From contig JAYWIR010000026.1 in NCBI GenBank assembly GCA_036172245.1, positions 620,001 to 684,000 of the forward strand: 64,000 nt of DNA. The letters are read 5' to 3'. Position numbers and translations under genes: made by a program. Origin of the DNA: Raillietiella orientalis. Taxonomy: Eukaryota. Position 1 is the first letter of the stretch; each line of letters begins with the position of its first letter. This document shows, piece by piece, positions 20,550 through 34,309 of the stretch. The notes under the pieces are model-generated. The model was not told the origin of the DNA. It ran no database searches and worked only from the letters and a program-made list of their open reading frames with translations.

Positions 20550-23500
20550 TTCATTGCACGTGGCGCAAGCACAACGCTTTCGGGATAACAGCTTCGTCGC
20601 CGCACGCGTGACCCTTCGCGAGGGGTGCGAACTTATCCACAAACTCCAGCTCCGCACCGACTTTCTCGATGTGTGGTATGTGGGGAAGCCGAAATTTTGC
20701 GCCATATGTAAGAAGTTCGGGCATCTCAAAAAGAGATGCCCGGACGCATTATGCCCCACGTGCGGCGCTAAGGACCACACCAAAGTGGTGTGCCCGATGA
20801 ACGTCGCACCACTGCCGTCGGAATCTTCCCAGAATATTAAGAAGAAAGCGGCTAAAATAAATCGAAATATAATCGCGGAAAGACCGCCCACCAAAAAAGT
20901 CGTGCAGCAAGCAGCGGACTCATTAAAAGAGAATCCGAAACAGACTGTCGACGAGGAAGGCTGGCAGCTGGTCTCCCGCAAAATTAAATTTATTAAAAAA
21001 ACCGCGCCCGCCCCTGCGACGATCTCAGGCCAAAGCCGCGCCTCGGGAGGTCATCAACGAATGCCGCGTGAGAATTCGGCGCGTCCCGGAGATCGTCAAC
21101 CGCTCCGCTACGAAATCGATATGCAATGACGTCACTCCCGCTGAACCCGCTGTCGGACATGCGCCGACGCCGCGACCAAGTCGCGAATCGAGCGTAAGCA
21201 GCGAAGACGGAGCTTTCAGGAAAGCGACGGAAGAACTGGTGGCCATGTTCCAGCAGCCACCCAAGGCCGAGGAAAAGGCCTTGTGCTCCACGGCTAATTC
21301 ATAAAAACCAGAGACTAGCGAGTCCGAAGCCGAAGCCGGCAACGCACCTTCCGTCGATCTTCGAAAGTGCCGGGCAGGTCGTAAGGAAGGCAACCTGCGA
21401 AGCACCGCTCCTTCTCAGGCGGAGGAGGGAATGGTCTCGGCAGACGAGGAGGAGAAGTCCGCGAGGTCTCGCGACTCCTCGCCGGAAGCGGTCTTGCCTA
21501 AGCAAGATACACCGCCCTTGATCGACGCACAGCCTCCATGCGAGGCTCAAGCCGTCGAAATTAATGCACTTCTCCCGCCTCCTGAACAGGAAGCGGCAAT
21601 CACCCCATCATTATAAATACACCGTCGCGTGGACTCTCCTCTCGCCGGCGCTTGCGCGTAATCAGTTGGAACGTCAACGGGCTGCGCGAAGTCGGAAAGA
21701 GGAGAGCAATAGCCGCCATCTTGCGAGATTTCGATCTGGCACTTCTGCAGAAGACGCACGTGCTCCATGCGGAAGAGGCCCAGGAAATTGAAACGATCGC
21801 AGGAGGGCGGCTCACATGGCGAAACGGACAACACCACACCCGCGGTGTGGCGTTTTTTATCAAGCCAGCCGTCGATCAGGCGCTGCGCGACGTGCAGTTC
21901 GATAGGGAAGGTCAAATCGGACAGCTTGTGATCAAGTGGTCCGACGCGATCGACCTCGTGATTACCAACTTGTACGCGCCAGACGATAGCCACAGCTCCG
22001 CCGAACGCACTGCGTTCTTCGAAGGTCTGCGGGAGATTGGCTGGCCGAAACGGACATAAGAAGGGCACACCTGATTTCCGGGGACTTTAACGTCCGCCTG
22101 CTGGCACGTGCGCCCGGATCACGAGCACAACTGGTCAACGAAATGTGCGCAGCAATGCAAGCGCGCAACTTGTTGGCCAGTGACGATGGGATGGAGACAA
22201 GGATAGACCACGTGTTCCTCCACCATCACCTGTGCACGCGGGTGGAAAATCGAGGAACATTGCTTTCCGCGTTGTCCGACCGCCCTCGACTTGTGCTCGA
22301 GATGCATCCGAGAGAAAGAGGCCCACCCTCTCAAACGTGACGTTTGCCAGGGGACTGGTTGCGCCTCCCAAGAGCAGCTGACCACCTACGCGAATTCCTG
22401 CGAGGATTCCATCTTGAGACGCTCGCGGACTGGGACATAATGAAGAGTTCAGTCCGCGAGTTCTGCGACCAGTTCCCCTTAAACCGTCTTCCCTCAGGTT
22501 TCGGAGAAGGAATCAGGAATGAAGGCGCGTTCCTACACGCCCGTACTCACTCCAGGAATTCCTACGTCCGAAGCCTGGCGGAATATAAAGCTCGGGCTGA
22601 GAGACAGGCCTGGCAATCCGGCTCTGCGAGCTTACTGGACGCTCAAGGCCATGAGTGCTCAGCCCCAGCACAGGTGAGCCGCATCTAGCGGAATTTCCAC
22701 TCCGCTTTATACGCGCGGCGAACCACAGAGCGTGCCTTTGCGTAGCGATTGATGCCGCAGGACGCCCCCGCGATGAAGCAGGAGGATCGAGAACAAATAC
22801 AGGAGCCTTTCTCGATGACGGAGATCATCTCTGCCATCGGAAAACTCAAAAAACGGAAGGTGCCAGGGGAAGACGGCCTGCCCGCGGAGTTTTACCAACT
22901 CTTCGCGGCGGAGCTGGCCCCCCTGGTGCACAAACTATGCACGCTGATCCGAGAACAAGGGGAAGTTCCCATGTCGTTCCGGTCAGCCAAAGTACGTCTT
23001 CTTCCTAAACAAGGAGACACCCGCAACGTAGGCAACTGGCGTCCCATCACCATAGTGAATGCGGACGCAAATTTGCTTGCCAAACTTTGGGCTGAGCGAC
23101 TGGGACGGGTGGCGGAATCCGTTGTGAGTCCGGAGCAGACGTACGCTGTTCCAGGACGATCCATGGAGGCCAACCTGTTCCTCCACAGCACATGGTGGCA
23201 GTTGCTACAAAGCGAAGTCCAGGGAGGTCAAGAGAATGCTGGATTCTCCTCTGACCAGGGAGGGGACGCCCTTCATGGAAGAGCCGCGCCAGGAGCCCTT
23301 GCGGTCGCAGTCGATCTGCGTAAAGCATTCGACTGCGTCGACCAGAAACTCCTCCTGGAGCTCCTGGAACGTTTGGGATTCCCGGCAGTCTTCCGGGCTT
23401 ACCTACGCTCCTGCTGGCGCTTCGCGTTGATCAACATTTCCTTCAGCGGCCGGCACGTCTACGGCATACCGGTGCGCAACGGAATAAGGCAAGGCAATAG

Positions 23501-25437
23501 CATGAGTCCCCTGCTCCTTAGCAGCTACTTCGAGTTGGTGCTGAGAGCGTAAAGGGCAACTTTGTTAACCTTGCCGAGGTCGTCTCCCGGCACGTCTGCC
23601 ATGTCGGCCTATGCCGACGAACTTCTGTTCCTGCTTCCCGGGTCCCATCGGCATCGGCGATCGAGGAGTTCTTCGACCTGCAAAGTCGGGGAACCGGGCT
23701 TGAGGTGAACAGGGCAAAGTCGTCCATCAGGCCAATCGGTGCGGCGTGGGCAGGGCAGCCGGACTGGGTCCGTTTGGGGATCCCCACGGTACGGTACTTC
23801 AAGTACCTCGGTGTACCGATGGGTGATTATCTCCCTTCGGATGCGTGGTCCAGCTGCCTTCAAAAGGTAGAGACGGCGATCGGCCCGTTCCAAGGCCGCA
23901 GGTTTTTCCTACCGGAACGGGCCGCGGTGGGAAACGCATTCGCGGCGCCCCTCCTCCGTTCCCTGCTTTTTGTTTGTCCCCCCACCACAGAAACTAAAAA
24001 GCGGACGAAGGACCTCCTAAGGATTGCCCTGTGGGGTAATGGGAGGGCCCGAGTCCGGCTTGAGGACTTGAGCGCTCCGCGTCGGGACGGCGGTCTCGGC
24101 CTCCTGACGCTACAGCGGCTGGAGCTCCAGCTCCAGTTTCGGTTACTCGCCCTAGTGGCGGAATATTGGAGTAGCAGTTGGTGCGAGCCCGCACGTCTCC
24201 TCGTCGAGCAGGCTACAGGCGAGGTGGGACTGTCATCCTTCCTTGCTCTCCGTCGTCGCCGCCAAGTTGTCACTGCGGGTTGCAGCTACGGAGCGTGGCT
24301 GACCTGATAAGGAAGAACGCAGGAAGGCTCTGCTGTCGCACCGTTAACGGACCTGCATGGCTGCAGGAAACGGTTCAGACGTGGGCAAGGAGCAACCAGC
24401 AACGCACCCAAGAAATGCAGACACAATTCTTCCCCCGTAATGACCGCCTGACGCTCCGGGAGGTCCTGGAGAACCCCCAAAAACCAGCGTGAGCAAGAAA
24501 AACTCCCCTCGCTGCAATGCTGTTTCCGCTCGCGGAACATTCAAACGGCAACACTGCTGCGAAATGGGATGTTTACGTAAAAATCTCCGGTACGGAGAGA
24601 AAGATCGGGGAATGGAAAACGGGAATTCTCTGCGATACCGCGGCCCGGACTACCACCCCTATTGGGCTTTTGCGCTGGGGCGAGCTGCTATATGTTCCGC
24701 GGGAACAATTAAAGTGGCCCCAGGTGCTGATGAACACCTCCACTTTCCCCTTAAAATGGCAGGAGTCGGCGCTATTGTTGCTGCATTGGGGACTCCCCTG
24801 CAACGCCCGCCGACACCATTGGACCTGGGGAGCGGAGAGTCCTAATTGTGCGAGGTGTGGAGAACAGGAATCCCTCACTCACGTCCTTTTGGATTGTGTG
24901 GCTCTTCGGCCCCTTTGGAACCGTTTTGCCGCGGCAATCGGTAACCCCTGTGGCAACCCCAGAGACGCAATTAGATCCCTCTTCCTTTGCGATGCCCTCC
25001 GGCCCTCGGCCTCGTTAGCAGCTCTGTGCTGCTTTCGCGGGATCGTCGCTGCATGGAGCAAGGCAACGGGAGGACCTCGCGATAAGGGTGCCGTCCAGTG
25101 CGCAGCCGAATTTATGCGGACGGCGACAGGATGGACCCATCTGGATTCAAATATCCAAAAACAGCTTGCCGGCATCCTGCAAAGGATGTAACGGCCCCAC
25201 AGCAGACTGTGATCCCTTCCCGTGCCCCCCAGATCTTGATTTTATATATTTCCTTTTTTTGTTTTATTTTTTGTTTTGTCCTTGGCCCCTCTGCTGTCGT
25301 GGTGGACCGTACCGGAATACGAACCGGTGACCCGGCAGGCTTAATTTTGTATACCAGTGCGTGGCCGGACCACCTGGTCAGCCACCAACGTTTGTTTTAT
25401 TCCAAAGAATAAACGCCCCGGCGCAACTGGGTGAAAA
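20550..25437 (+). mobile_element. Element D: 5'-truncated copy (partial ORF1 with knuckles, decayed full ORF2, 3' UTR)
   Basis: CAICKKFGHLKKRC and CPTCGAKDHTKVVC; SWNVNGL, NLYAP, DLRKAFD, GIRQGNSMSP, YLGVP, CARCGEQESLTHVLLDC. Terminal motif at 25408-25432. Confidence 0.93.
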
Positions 25438-25439
25438 AC

Positions 25440-27930
25440 GAGCGAGAGCGGACGGGTTTTTGCTTCGCTCTTGAACGTTTGTGGTTTTATTTTTTTTCTT
25501 TTTTTTCTTGGTGTGCCAGTGCATTCGGTGGTGGCTAGGCAGCAATGCCTGGGACCACCACCAATCTTAAGGAGGGGGCGACGTCTATGTCTCCCCCTGA
25601 ATCAATGGATGTGGGAGCAACCGCCCCCACAGAAGCGACACCCTTGTTAGGGAGAAGCTGGAGTTCCGTGGCTGCGGCGCCAACGCAAGCGGCTGCGGCT
25701 GAGTTAAAAGCCTACCTGGAGGAGGGGTACAATCCCCCTCTACTCTACAAGGTAGGCAACCTTTACTCCTTTGAGAGTGCACGCGCTTTCTCGAAAGCGA
25801 TGCACTCCCTCAAAGTACTACAGGAGGAGTTCTTGGCGATGACCATCAGGAGTGGTGGACAGTACGTTGAGGTGATTTGCAAAGAAGCAAGTCTTGCCCA
25901 GCGTCTGCTCCGTACACCTGTTCCTTTGGGGAATCGCCGGCTCCTCCCCATCACGGAGGATAGATCTATCGTGATCCACCTCCTCGGAATCACCTTCCGG
26001 ATGGCCGAAGAGGCTGCCCGAAATGAATTAATTAAATTTGGAACCGTCCACGCGTTGTGAAAAAGCCGACTCCGTTTTGGGAGTACGATCTGCTGAATTG
26101 CGGTATGGCTTCCGCGCGCATCACGGTCCGCGAGGGTTGCTCCCTACCTAACAAGCTGCAGGTCAACGGCGAACCCGTTGACATCTGGTATGTCGGTAAG
26201 CCGCATTTCTGCGGGCATTGCAGCACTTCAGGTCACCTGAAAAAAAGGTGCCCCCACTTGCAGTGCAAGCCATGCAAGCAACCCGGGCACACTTCCAGTG
26301 TGCCCTCAAAATGAAGTCCGCGTCGCGTTTGCACGGAATGCGAAGAAGCGCGCGGCGAAAAAAAGAAGAGTTCAGGCAGCCCGAGAGAGAGCCGCCGCTC
26401 GAAAAACAACTATCGTGCCCCAGGTGAAGGTCAGCTCCGAGATCTTGGAAAACTCGGACAAGGTAGAGAACGGCCAGGAACCTGAATGGCAGGTAGTAAA
26501 ATCCAAGAGGCAGAAAAGCTTCAAGGAACCAAAAAAAAATGTCGCGAAACGCAGCGAGAATTTGCCGCGTCGCGAAAAGATCAAACGCTGCTCTGTCGTC
26601 ATCAAGCGCATTCCTGCGGTCGAACAGAGCGCCAAAACCGAACTCGTCGCTGCCGACTCAACCGTCCGGCAATGTAAACACGAAGGCTATCGATCTTGCG
26701 GTGGCGTCCGTCTTCGCACGGATGCTCGATGACGTCGCCTTTGAGCGAGCGGCGGAGCTCGCTGCGTCCCTACGTCCCCTTAAGGTCGTGAAAAAGGCCT
26801 TAAGACGTCGGAACCCCAAGAAGTCGGAGGATACGGACTGTGCCGCGGAGGGAGAAAGCATAGCCAGCGGCATCGCGGTCCCCCCCAGAAGCCCAGTCAA
26901 ACTTTCGCGGCGGAGCTTACTCCCCTGGTACATTAGCTCACCCTTGCTGATTCGCGAGACAGGTGACGTTCCCACTTCGTTTCGTACAGCAAAGGTGCGG
27001 TTCCTCCCTAATGGAGGAGGCCTGAGGAGCATTAGCAACTGGCGTCCCGTCACAATAGTGAATGTGGACGCCAAGTTGGTAGCTAAGGTTTGGGCAGAGC
27101 GGCTGGGACGGGTTGCCAACGCTTTCATCAGTCTGGAGCAGACATATGCTGTTCCTGGGCGGAGCATGGAGGCGAACCTGTTCCACGCTTCCACATGGTT
27201 AGAGCTCCAACAAGAAGCTTATTGAACAACCGGAATTCCGGTGCGTACGTCGGTGAGACGGCATGGACGGGTGGGGAAGGGAGCCCTTGCGGTCGCTGTC
27301 GACTTGTGTAAAGCATTCGACAGCGTCGACCAGAATCTCCTGCTGGAGCTTCTGGAACGCTTGGGCTTCCCGGCCTCTTTGTTGGCCTACTTGCGCACCA
27401 GCTGGACAGATGCGCTCATTAACGTCTTTTTCAGCGGCCATACCGTGTACCTGAAGTCCCTGGGCGACCCGTTGGTGAATTCTGCCTTTCAGAAGCCTGG
27501 TCAGGTCGTCTCCAAAAGTTAGAACTGGCAATTGGCCCGTTTCTGTAAGGGAACTTCCTTCTGCCGGAACAGGTACCGGTGTGGAACGCGTTCGCAGCCC
27601 CAAACCTCCGCCCCCTACTTTTTGTTTGCCCCGTCCACGTAGTAATAAAGAGGACGAAGGACCTCCTCCGCATCGCCCTTTGGCGCAAGGGCAGGTTCCT
27701 AGTCCCGTTGAAGGTCTTGTGCGCTACGCGTCGGGACCAGGTTTCGGCGAAGGATTCAGAAATGACGGCGCGTACCTACACTCCCGTCCTCACTCCAAGA
27801 ATTCCGACGTCCGACGCCTGGCGGAATAGAAAGCTTGGGCTGCGAGACAGACCTGGCAGTCCGGGTCGACCAACTTTCTGGACTTCCAGGACCAAGAGCG
27901 CTCAGCCGCAATACAGGCTCTTCAACCGGG
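25440..27930 (+). mobile_element. Internally deleted and rearranged copy: 5' UTR and ORF1 fused at about 26900 to RT pieces
   Basis: ATG 25545, CGHCSTSGHLKKRC, then a jump to NWRPVTIVNVDAK, DLCKAFD and WNAFAAP. Confidence 0.88.
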
Positions 27931-28029
27931 TAAGCCTGCGCTTTTATTATGACACTTTCATGATAGAGTTTTGTCACTTGTACTGAGTTTATAGTCAAAA
28001 CGATGTGTTCTTAATATATAGGGGTACCT

Positions 28030-28600
28030 GTCCTTACCGACCACAGGGCGGTAAAATCCTCTCTACAGGCGAAGGGCTTGAGAAAACCAGAAGAAAAACA
28101 AAAACGCATGGGAGTACAATAGTTTGTGTAGGGGAGTGAACGAGAAAAATAACGGCACGCAAAGAACAGCACTCTGCATCCGGCTTTGGATACGGACCTA
28201 TTTGGGCAGTATTTTTCTTAACCGGCGTCATCGTGAAGCATTCTCTATTGAGAGGACTGCCCAGTGGATAGTTTTCCGACTCCTGCGACCAGTTCTTGAC
28301 GCGGTAGCCTCATCCAGGATTACGGTTATGCAGCAGAGAACTGCAACAGATGCGTGGGCTGGCAGGTCGTCCCGCATCAGGAGGCGACGAAAAATCTTTT
28401 TAGAGTCGCCCAACGGAAGCTTTAGGGTACACGACAGTCGATCCCATATGAGGCAGAGGGCAATGCACCCCATGATTAAATACGGGATGGTCTCGCTTTC
28501 CCAGCACTCTCCACTACTGGCATCCATTCTCCCGAATGTAGAGACAGCCGTCCTCTGCATGAAAATCCTCAATGGAGCAAAGCAACGCCTTCTCCTGCCA
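28030..28600 (-). mobile_element. ORF2 C-terminus and 3' UTR fragment
   Basis: ORF 28228..28674(-) is homologous to 11980-12350 (CWESETIPYLIMGC, VLCCITVIL). Confidence 0.85.
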
Positions 28601-28609
28601 ATGCAAACG

Positions 28610-30062
28610 GAGGGAGCCGTTGTCCCATTCTCGCGAGAGAAAAATGGCGGAAGCGTGCGTGGGGTTCCTTTCAACGATCATGAACTGGTGGGCCAACTTG
28701 TAGTCAAGTGGTCCGAGTCCATCGTTCTGGTGGTAACGAACTGGTGGCGCCCAGTGGCTCTAGCTACCTCGATGAAAGAATTGCACTCTTCGAGGACCTA
28801 CGGAGATGTGCCAGCTATGAACGACTTCTTTCCTTGGTGCCTGGCATGCATCGCAGAAAACAGGGATTTCGCAGTCCTTTGAGGCAACTTGCCAAACTGC
28901 TCGAAACCAATTCCTGGATTTCCTGCCGCCCAATGGAATACAATTCTAGGCAGTAAGAATCCGTTGATACTTGTGCTGCACTCCTAGGAATGAGCCGCGA
29001 TGATAATCACACCCTGCTTCAATTTCAACTTTGGCCGCTGCAAGATGTGATGCAGGACGAGGTGAACATTTCCACCCTGGCCGCCACGCCCCCTGCCGAA
29101 GCATTGTCTGCCCTCGAGGTTCGAGAGGACAGTAGCCAACCGGCAAGGTGGGAGTTCTGCACCATCGCGGGAAGAACGAGATCCCTCGGCGAACGGGACA
29201 CGAGCGACCTGGCGGATGCCCCACTCCTCGTGCTACAGAAAAGGGACTACTTCGGTGGAGAGAAGCTATTGGTGTTGCCCCCGAGGAACTGATAGTCCCT
29301 CCCTACTGTTTGGACGGTTCGGTGTTTCCCCTTGCATGGAAGCAAGACATCTTGCTCATCTTGCACCGTGGCTTGCGCCATAACGAGCGGTGATACCGAG
29401 TTTCCGGTGGGATGGCTTATCCCTAGTGTGCCAGGCGCGGGGCGACGGAGTCGTTCCCGCACCTTGTTTTGGACTGCGGAACCCTCCAGGAACTCTGGTG
29501 GAGGTTCACAAGTGCTGCGACGGTTTTTCCAAGCGCAAGGACTTTCGACGGCTGCGATGATTTCCACAGTTGGTTGCATCCGCGCCATCGTCACGGTCCG
29601 AGACGTGCTGGAGAACACTGGTCAGCGATGCTGTCACCAAAAAGGCAGCCGACTTTATCAGGGTGGCAGCTGGGTGGCGACACTTGAGTGAAAACGCAAC
29701 GGAGGAGCTTACCGGCATTTATCGCCGGATGAACAACGGTTTCCAACGACGAACCCGGTGATCCACCTCCATTCCCTTTTAACTGCATTTTTCTTCTTGC
29801 GCCCCTCCTCCCATTCACTCTGTAGTGCTTTTGGTGCTATCGTCCTTTGATTTTCCTGGTGACTGAGGAGCGTCACCAAAGTTCCCTGGCCCATTTTTCT
29901 TTTTTGTTTCTAGTCCCCTCCTCCCCCAGTCGTTCAAGTTCTTCCGTTTTCCTGGCCTGTGTGCCAGTAGTGCATCTCTGTTGTAGGTTTTCGTAGTCGT
30001 TGGCTGGAAACAACTGTTTCCAGCTAGTTTATATCAACAAACGTCCCGGCGTGACCGGATAA
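28610..30062 (+). mobile_element. Deleted copy: endonuclease piece joined to ORF2 3' region and 3' UTR (B-like)
   Basis: GQLVVKWSESI, SWISCRPM and FPLAWKQDILL. Terminal motif at 30036-30060. Confidence 0.88.
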
Positions 30063-30067
30063 TAAAT

Positions 30068-32509
30068 TTTAACGTTAGCCTGAAACCAGATGGGCCGAAT
30101 CACGAGCGAGACCTGGTCAACGAGGTGTGCATGGCAGTGCACACCTGTAATTTGTTGGCCAATGAACCGGGGATGGAAGACAGCATCGACCACGTGTTCC
30201 TTGATCAGCACCTGTGCCCTAGCGTGGGCAGGCGCGGCAAGTTACCGTGTGAGCTGTCCGACCATCGCCCGACAGTTCTCGAGTTTCATCCGCGCGACAG
30301 GGACCCCCCCTCGTCAGCGTGGCGCCTCCCAGGGGACTGGCTGAAGCTCCCGGACGCGGCGGAACAACTCCGCGCGTTCATACGGAACTTCAGGCTGCGG
30401 ACACTTCTGGACTGAGACCGCTTCAAACGGTCGGTCCAGGAGTTCTGCCACCAGTTCCCTCTGCACCGCCTACCTCCGGAATTTGGGGATGGGGTACGTA
30501 AAGATAGGTCGTATCTACAGGCACGACGTTACGCCAGAACCCCCGACATCCGCAGGCCGGCGAATACAAAGCGGAAGCCTAGAGGCAAGCCTTGCGTTCC
30601 GGATCGGCCAGCTTGCTGGAAGATCGGGGCCTCAAAGCCAGCAGCCATGAGCCAAGAGCAGCCTCTCAAAAACAGGTAAACGCGACAAAAACCGCGAAAA
30701 ATCATGGCCTCCTCTGCCACAAAGCCCCGAAAGAGAAGTCGCGCAGCAGGAAAACCAATTAAGAAAGGGAACCGGGGCTCCCCGGTAGCCCCCGCTGCCG
30801 AAAACGAAATTTCCGTTCCGGGAAAGGGGTCAACGAAGCCCGATAAACCTTGCAACAATGCGAATGCATGAGCAGAGAATCGCCATAATGTGGGAACCGT
30901 CACGTTGTTCATTTCGGGAGCTTATATGGCCACCCCTAAAAAGGCTGGTAGCCCGGCGACAAAAGCCATTAACACCGGCGGCGGTCGCATCACAACACAC
31001 CGCAAACAGTCGCATCCTCCTTAACGCGGCAGTCGAAGAGCAATCTCGCAAATTCCGCCGAGGCGGCTCCATGGCCGCCTTTTGCGGGTGCAGCGAAACC
31101 TGTATGCAAAGCGACTGGGGCATAAATCCCGGAGGCGTACGTGACGAAAGTCGTGGAACCCTCCGAAGGAACGGACGTGTGGAAGGTTGTGGAGAAAGGG
31201 AGAAAAGTGAAATCACCCAAAAATTCTTCGCAACCATATTCCAAGAGCATCTGCAAGGCAACGAACAGTCGGGGGATGAAGAATACTCGCGCCAAAGTTC
31301 CCTCTGCCGTAGCAAAATCCACCGCCGTTATCGCGCAAAGCGCGAAAGCTGCGATCGCCGGGAACGATGCCCTGGTGACCGCCAAAAAGGGGGTGACCGC
31401 GTTTCCATCCGCGATCCCTTCCGAATCGACGCGGCAGGTGAGTCGCGAAGCGTTCCCGCGTCAATCAGACTCCGGAACGGAGTTTGATATCACCGCCGCA
31501 CGTCGGATCACCCTCGCAGAGGCGGTAGCGCGCCGGGCTAATGCCCTCACACGCGCAGTGCAGGCCGCGAAGGAGCGAGAGCTCACCCCGGAGCGTCAGA
31601 TGACGTTACCCGAAGATGAGTACTCGATTTCGTGCAGCACCTTGGAGGGCGGTGGGGACCGTGATCTCCAGCCAGTAGCCCTGCTTACTGTCCGCTCGCC
31701 AGTAAAAGCGGGCAAAAAGCCGCCGCCTTCCCAGCATTAATGTGGGGAATCGCTTCTTCTCGTCGTCTGTCCGTCGCGTGTTGGAACGTGAACGGACTGC
31801 AGAACGGCGGCAAGATGCGATTGGTAGCGAACGCCCTGCGCCCCTTTGACCTCGCGCTCCTGCAGGAGATTCACGTAATCTCCGACGAGCAGGCTGCCGA
31901 AATCGAAGAGCGCGCAGGCGGAACTCGCTACTTTGGCGGTGCGGCGACCCACACACGTACGGCGTCGCGTCCCTCGCAAAAGGAAAAATGGCGGAAGCGG
32001 TGCGTGGTGTTCGTTTCGACGACGACGGATGGGTGGACTAACTGGTTTCAAGTGGGCCGAGTCCATCGACCTCGTCACGAGCATCTACGCGCTGATTGAC
32101 TCTGCCTACCTCGAAGAACTGTACTCTTCGAGGAAGAGAAGAGCCACTGGCTCAACATCTGCTCCCAAGTGCCGCACCTCGTCACGAGGGGACTTCAACG
32201 TTCGCCTGCTTTCTTACTACTGGAGCTACCCGGTGGAGCGATCGCTGACTCTCGAGATGTGCGCGCTAGTGCACGCGAACAACCTGCTCACCAGAGAACC
32301 TGGGGAGATCAGCAGATCACGTCTTTCTCGTTCAGTGCCCGTATTCCCGTGAAAGGAGAGCAGCATAAGTGGAATTTGTATTTTGCGATTGACGATTACC
32401 CCAGTTTGAAGCTGGAGTTTGTCACCTGACATCGGGTCTCCTGTTAAAGTCTGGAGAATGCTTGTGGACTGCCTTAAAAGTAAGCGCCCCAGCGTAACCG
32501 GGTAAAAAA
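30068..32509 (+). mobile_element. Mosaic: A-like endonuclease fragment (to about 30630), B-like ORF1 C-terminal half, ORF2 start, then terminal motif
   Basis: CMAVHTCNLL...SDHRP; ORF 31141..31740 is homologous to the B ORF1 end; MWGIASSRRLSVACWNVNG; motif at 32479-32503. Confidence 0.88.
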
Positions 32510-32510
32510 T

Positions 32511-33070
32511 TTCAAAGTGCGGACGTTTTTCTGTGCCTCTACGTCGCCGCTTTGACGGTTCCCTTAGGTGTTGAGTGTTGTATAATATTAATCCGCTAGA
32601 AGCCATGGAGATGGGTTAAGTAGCTGTTCCCGCTATGACTGCGGCGGAACAGACGACCGCATCCACTTTCTCTTCCTTGCTACCGAGGTTTTACAAATGT
32701 TGCTGCGGCCGTAGCAATTCGACGAGGACTACGCACAGACGTGGAATTGCGGATGTATGTTAATGCTACAAGCCTGTACTACGCTGTAATGTGATCGGGG
32801 TTCTCTCAAGTCGCGACTGATAGAACGACGTATAGAACGCTCAACGATCAGCTAACCCATGTAGGCGTGGAAGAGGCACGGCACTTGTGCAATCGTTGCT
32901 TCGCTTCCCATTGTCAATTCTTGGAAAGGTCTTTCCTACCAAAATGGACGATTTCCGTGATCCAACTTTCAGACATCGTGCCATAAATCCCTCATTCCGA
33001 AATTATGAAGGTGTTGGCGGAATCCGTGCAGTCCACTCACTGTGGAGAAAACCGAGCAGAACTTTCTTCA
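32511..33070 (+). mobile_element. Decayed 5' UTR and ORF1 N-terminal remnant
   Basis: LNDQLTHVGVEE, LVQSLLRFPLSILGK and AVHSLWRKP match the ORF1 N-terminus of B. Confidence 0.75.
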
Positions 33071-33289
33071 ATTGCTGACTCAAGTTTAAACGCACTGATA
33101 TAAATCTCGTCCCTCACAGAGAAGTGAGGTTTATAACTCATTTAATGAGTTATATGTCACGAACCAACACTTGAAAATTGAATGACTTATACTGAAGCTC
33201 TTATCAGTTACGCATCAAAATCAGTATGATAATGTTCAGGAAGGTCTTAAGCCCACACATTACATGGGCAGCCCCGACAAACAAATGCA

Positions 33290-33830
33290 TGTAAATACAA
33301 AGAACAAAGAATGTTAAACAAAAGAGGCATTTTGGGGAAAACGAACCGCAACTCAAGGAAAAACATAAAAACATTCATTACCGACAGTACCAGACTGGGA
33401 TAATGAAACTCTACAAACTCTATGATACTAAAGACTCGAATTATGGCAAGGAAACCTACAAATACAGAGACAAACTACAGAAGCATTCATTTGTTCACGG
33501 ACTACCAAGGAAACTCCAGAAAAAAGACTATAGCAAACCACATCTATATCAAGTTCGACGCACTGTACTTGACAAACTGCAAACAAAGCGAAGCAACATA
33601 CATGCAGAATGGAGAGATCATTACAACATAGCTCACCAAAGATAATCAAGACCACATCAACTACGGGGTCATCGTGAGCTTAAAAAATGGCATACACTGC
33701 TCTATCAAATACCAAGTTTACGAGAACTTAAACGATCCATCTCACGTTATCATAATTGATCAAACATTGATCCCAACTATAAGAAAATGTCAAACGATCG
33801 CAGGATCATCGATTCCATCAATGACAAAAA
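33290..33830 (+). pseudogene. rep: Endogenous CRESS Rep fragment (SF3 helicase half)
   Basis: RSIHLFTDYQGNSRK, ALYLTNCK...NGEI, NYGVIVSLKNG.HCSIKY, DPSHVII and KMSNDRR. Confidence 0.88.
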
Positions 33831-34309
33831 CAAAACATTAACTATTTAATTGATGCCAACTCACACACAATGATATCATTTAAAAATGTGGATCTCTGAT
33901 TCCTTTGAATACAAAATATCTTCTGAATACTCTGAATGGAGAAAAATTTGCTTTCAGTTTATTTTTCTGTATATTCACAGTACTTTTTGGTCCATGCTTC
34001 TGCCACATGAAAGCCGATCACATGCTGATCGTAGGGAAGCATGTGATCAGATGACCCAAAAGAGCATACACGTTAGTCTCCGTCTACTTTTCAGTTTCCA
34101 GCCAAGAACAATAAGGACGATCAGGCTTTACAGGATTACTCTCTCCAGTAACAGCCTTCTCGTTCTGAATACAAGGTCTCAGATGCAGATACAGCTCTGT
34201 TTTTTAACTTCTAAAACATAGGTGACCTGTTCTGTTGCCAAGGTGCTTCTAAATACGTCCAGAATCTCCATTCTTAATATTCGTAAAATCTTCGTCTCTT
34301 GGATTTGTC

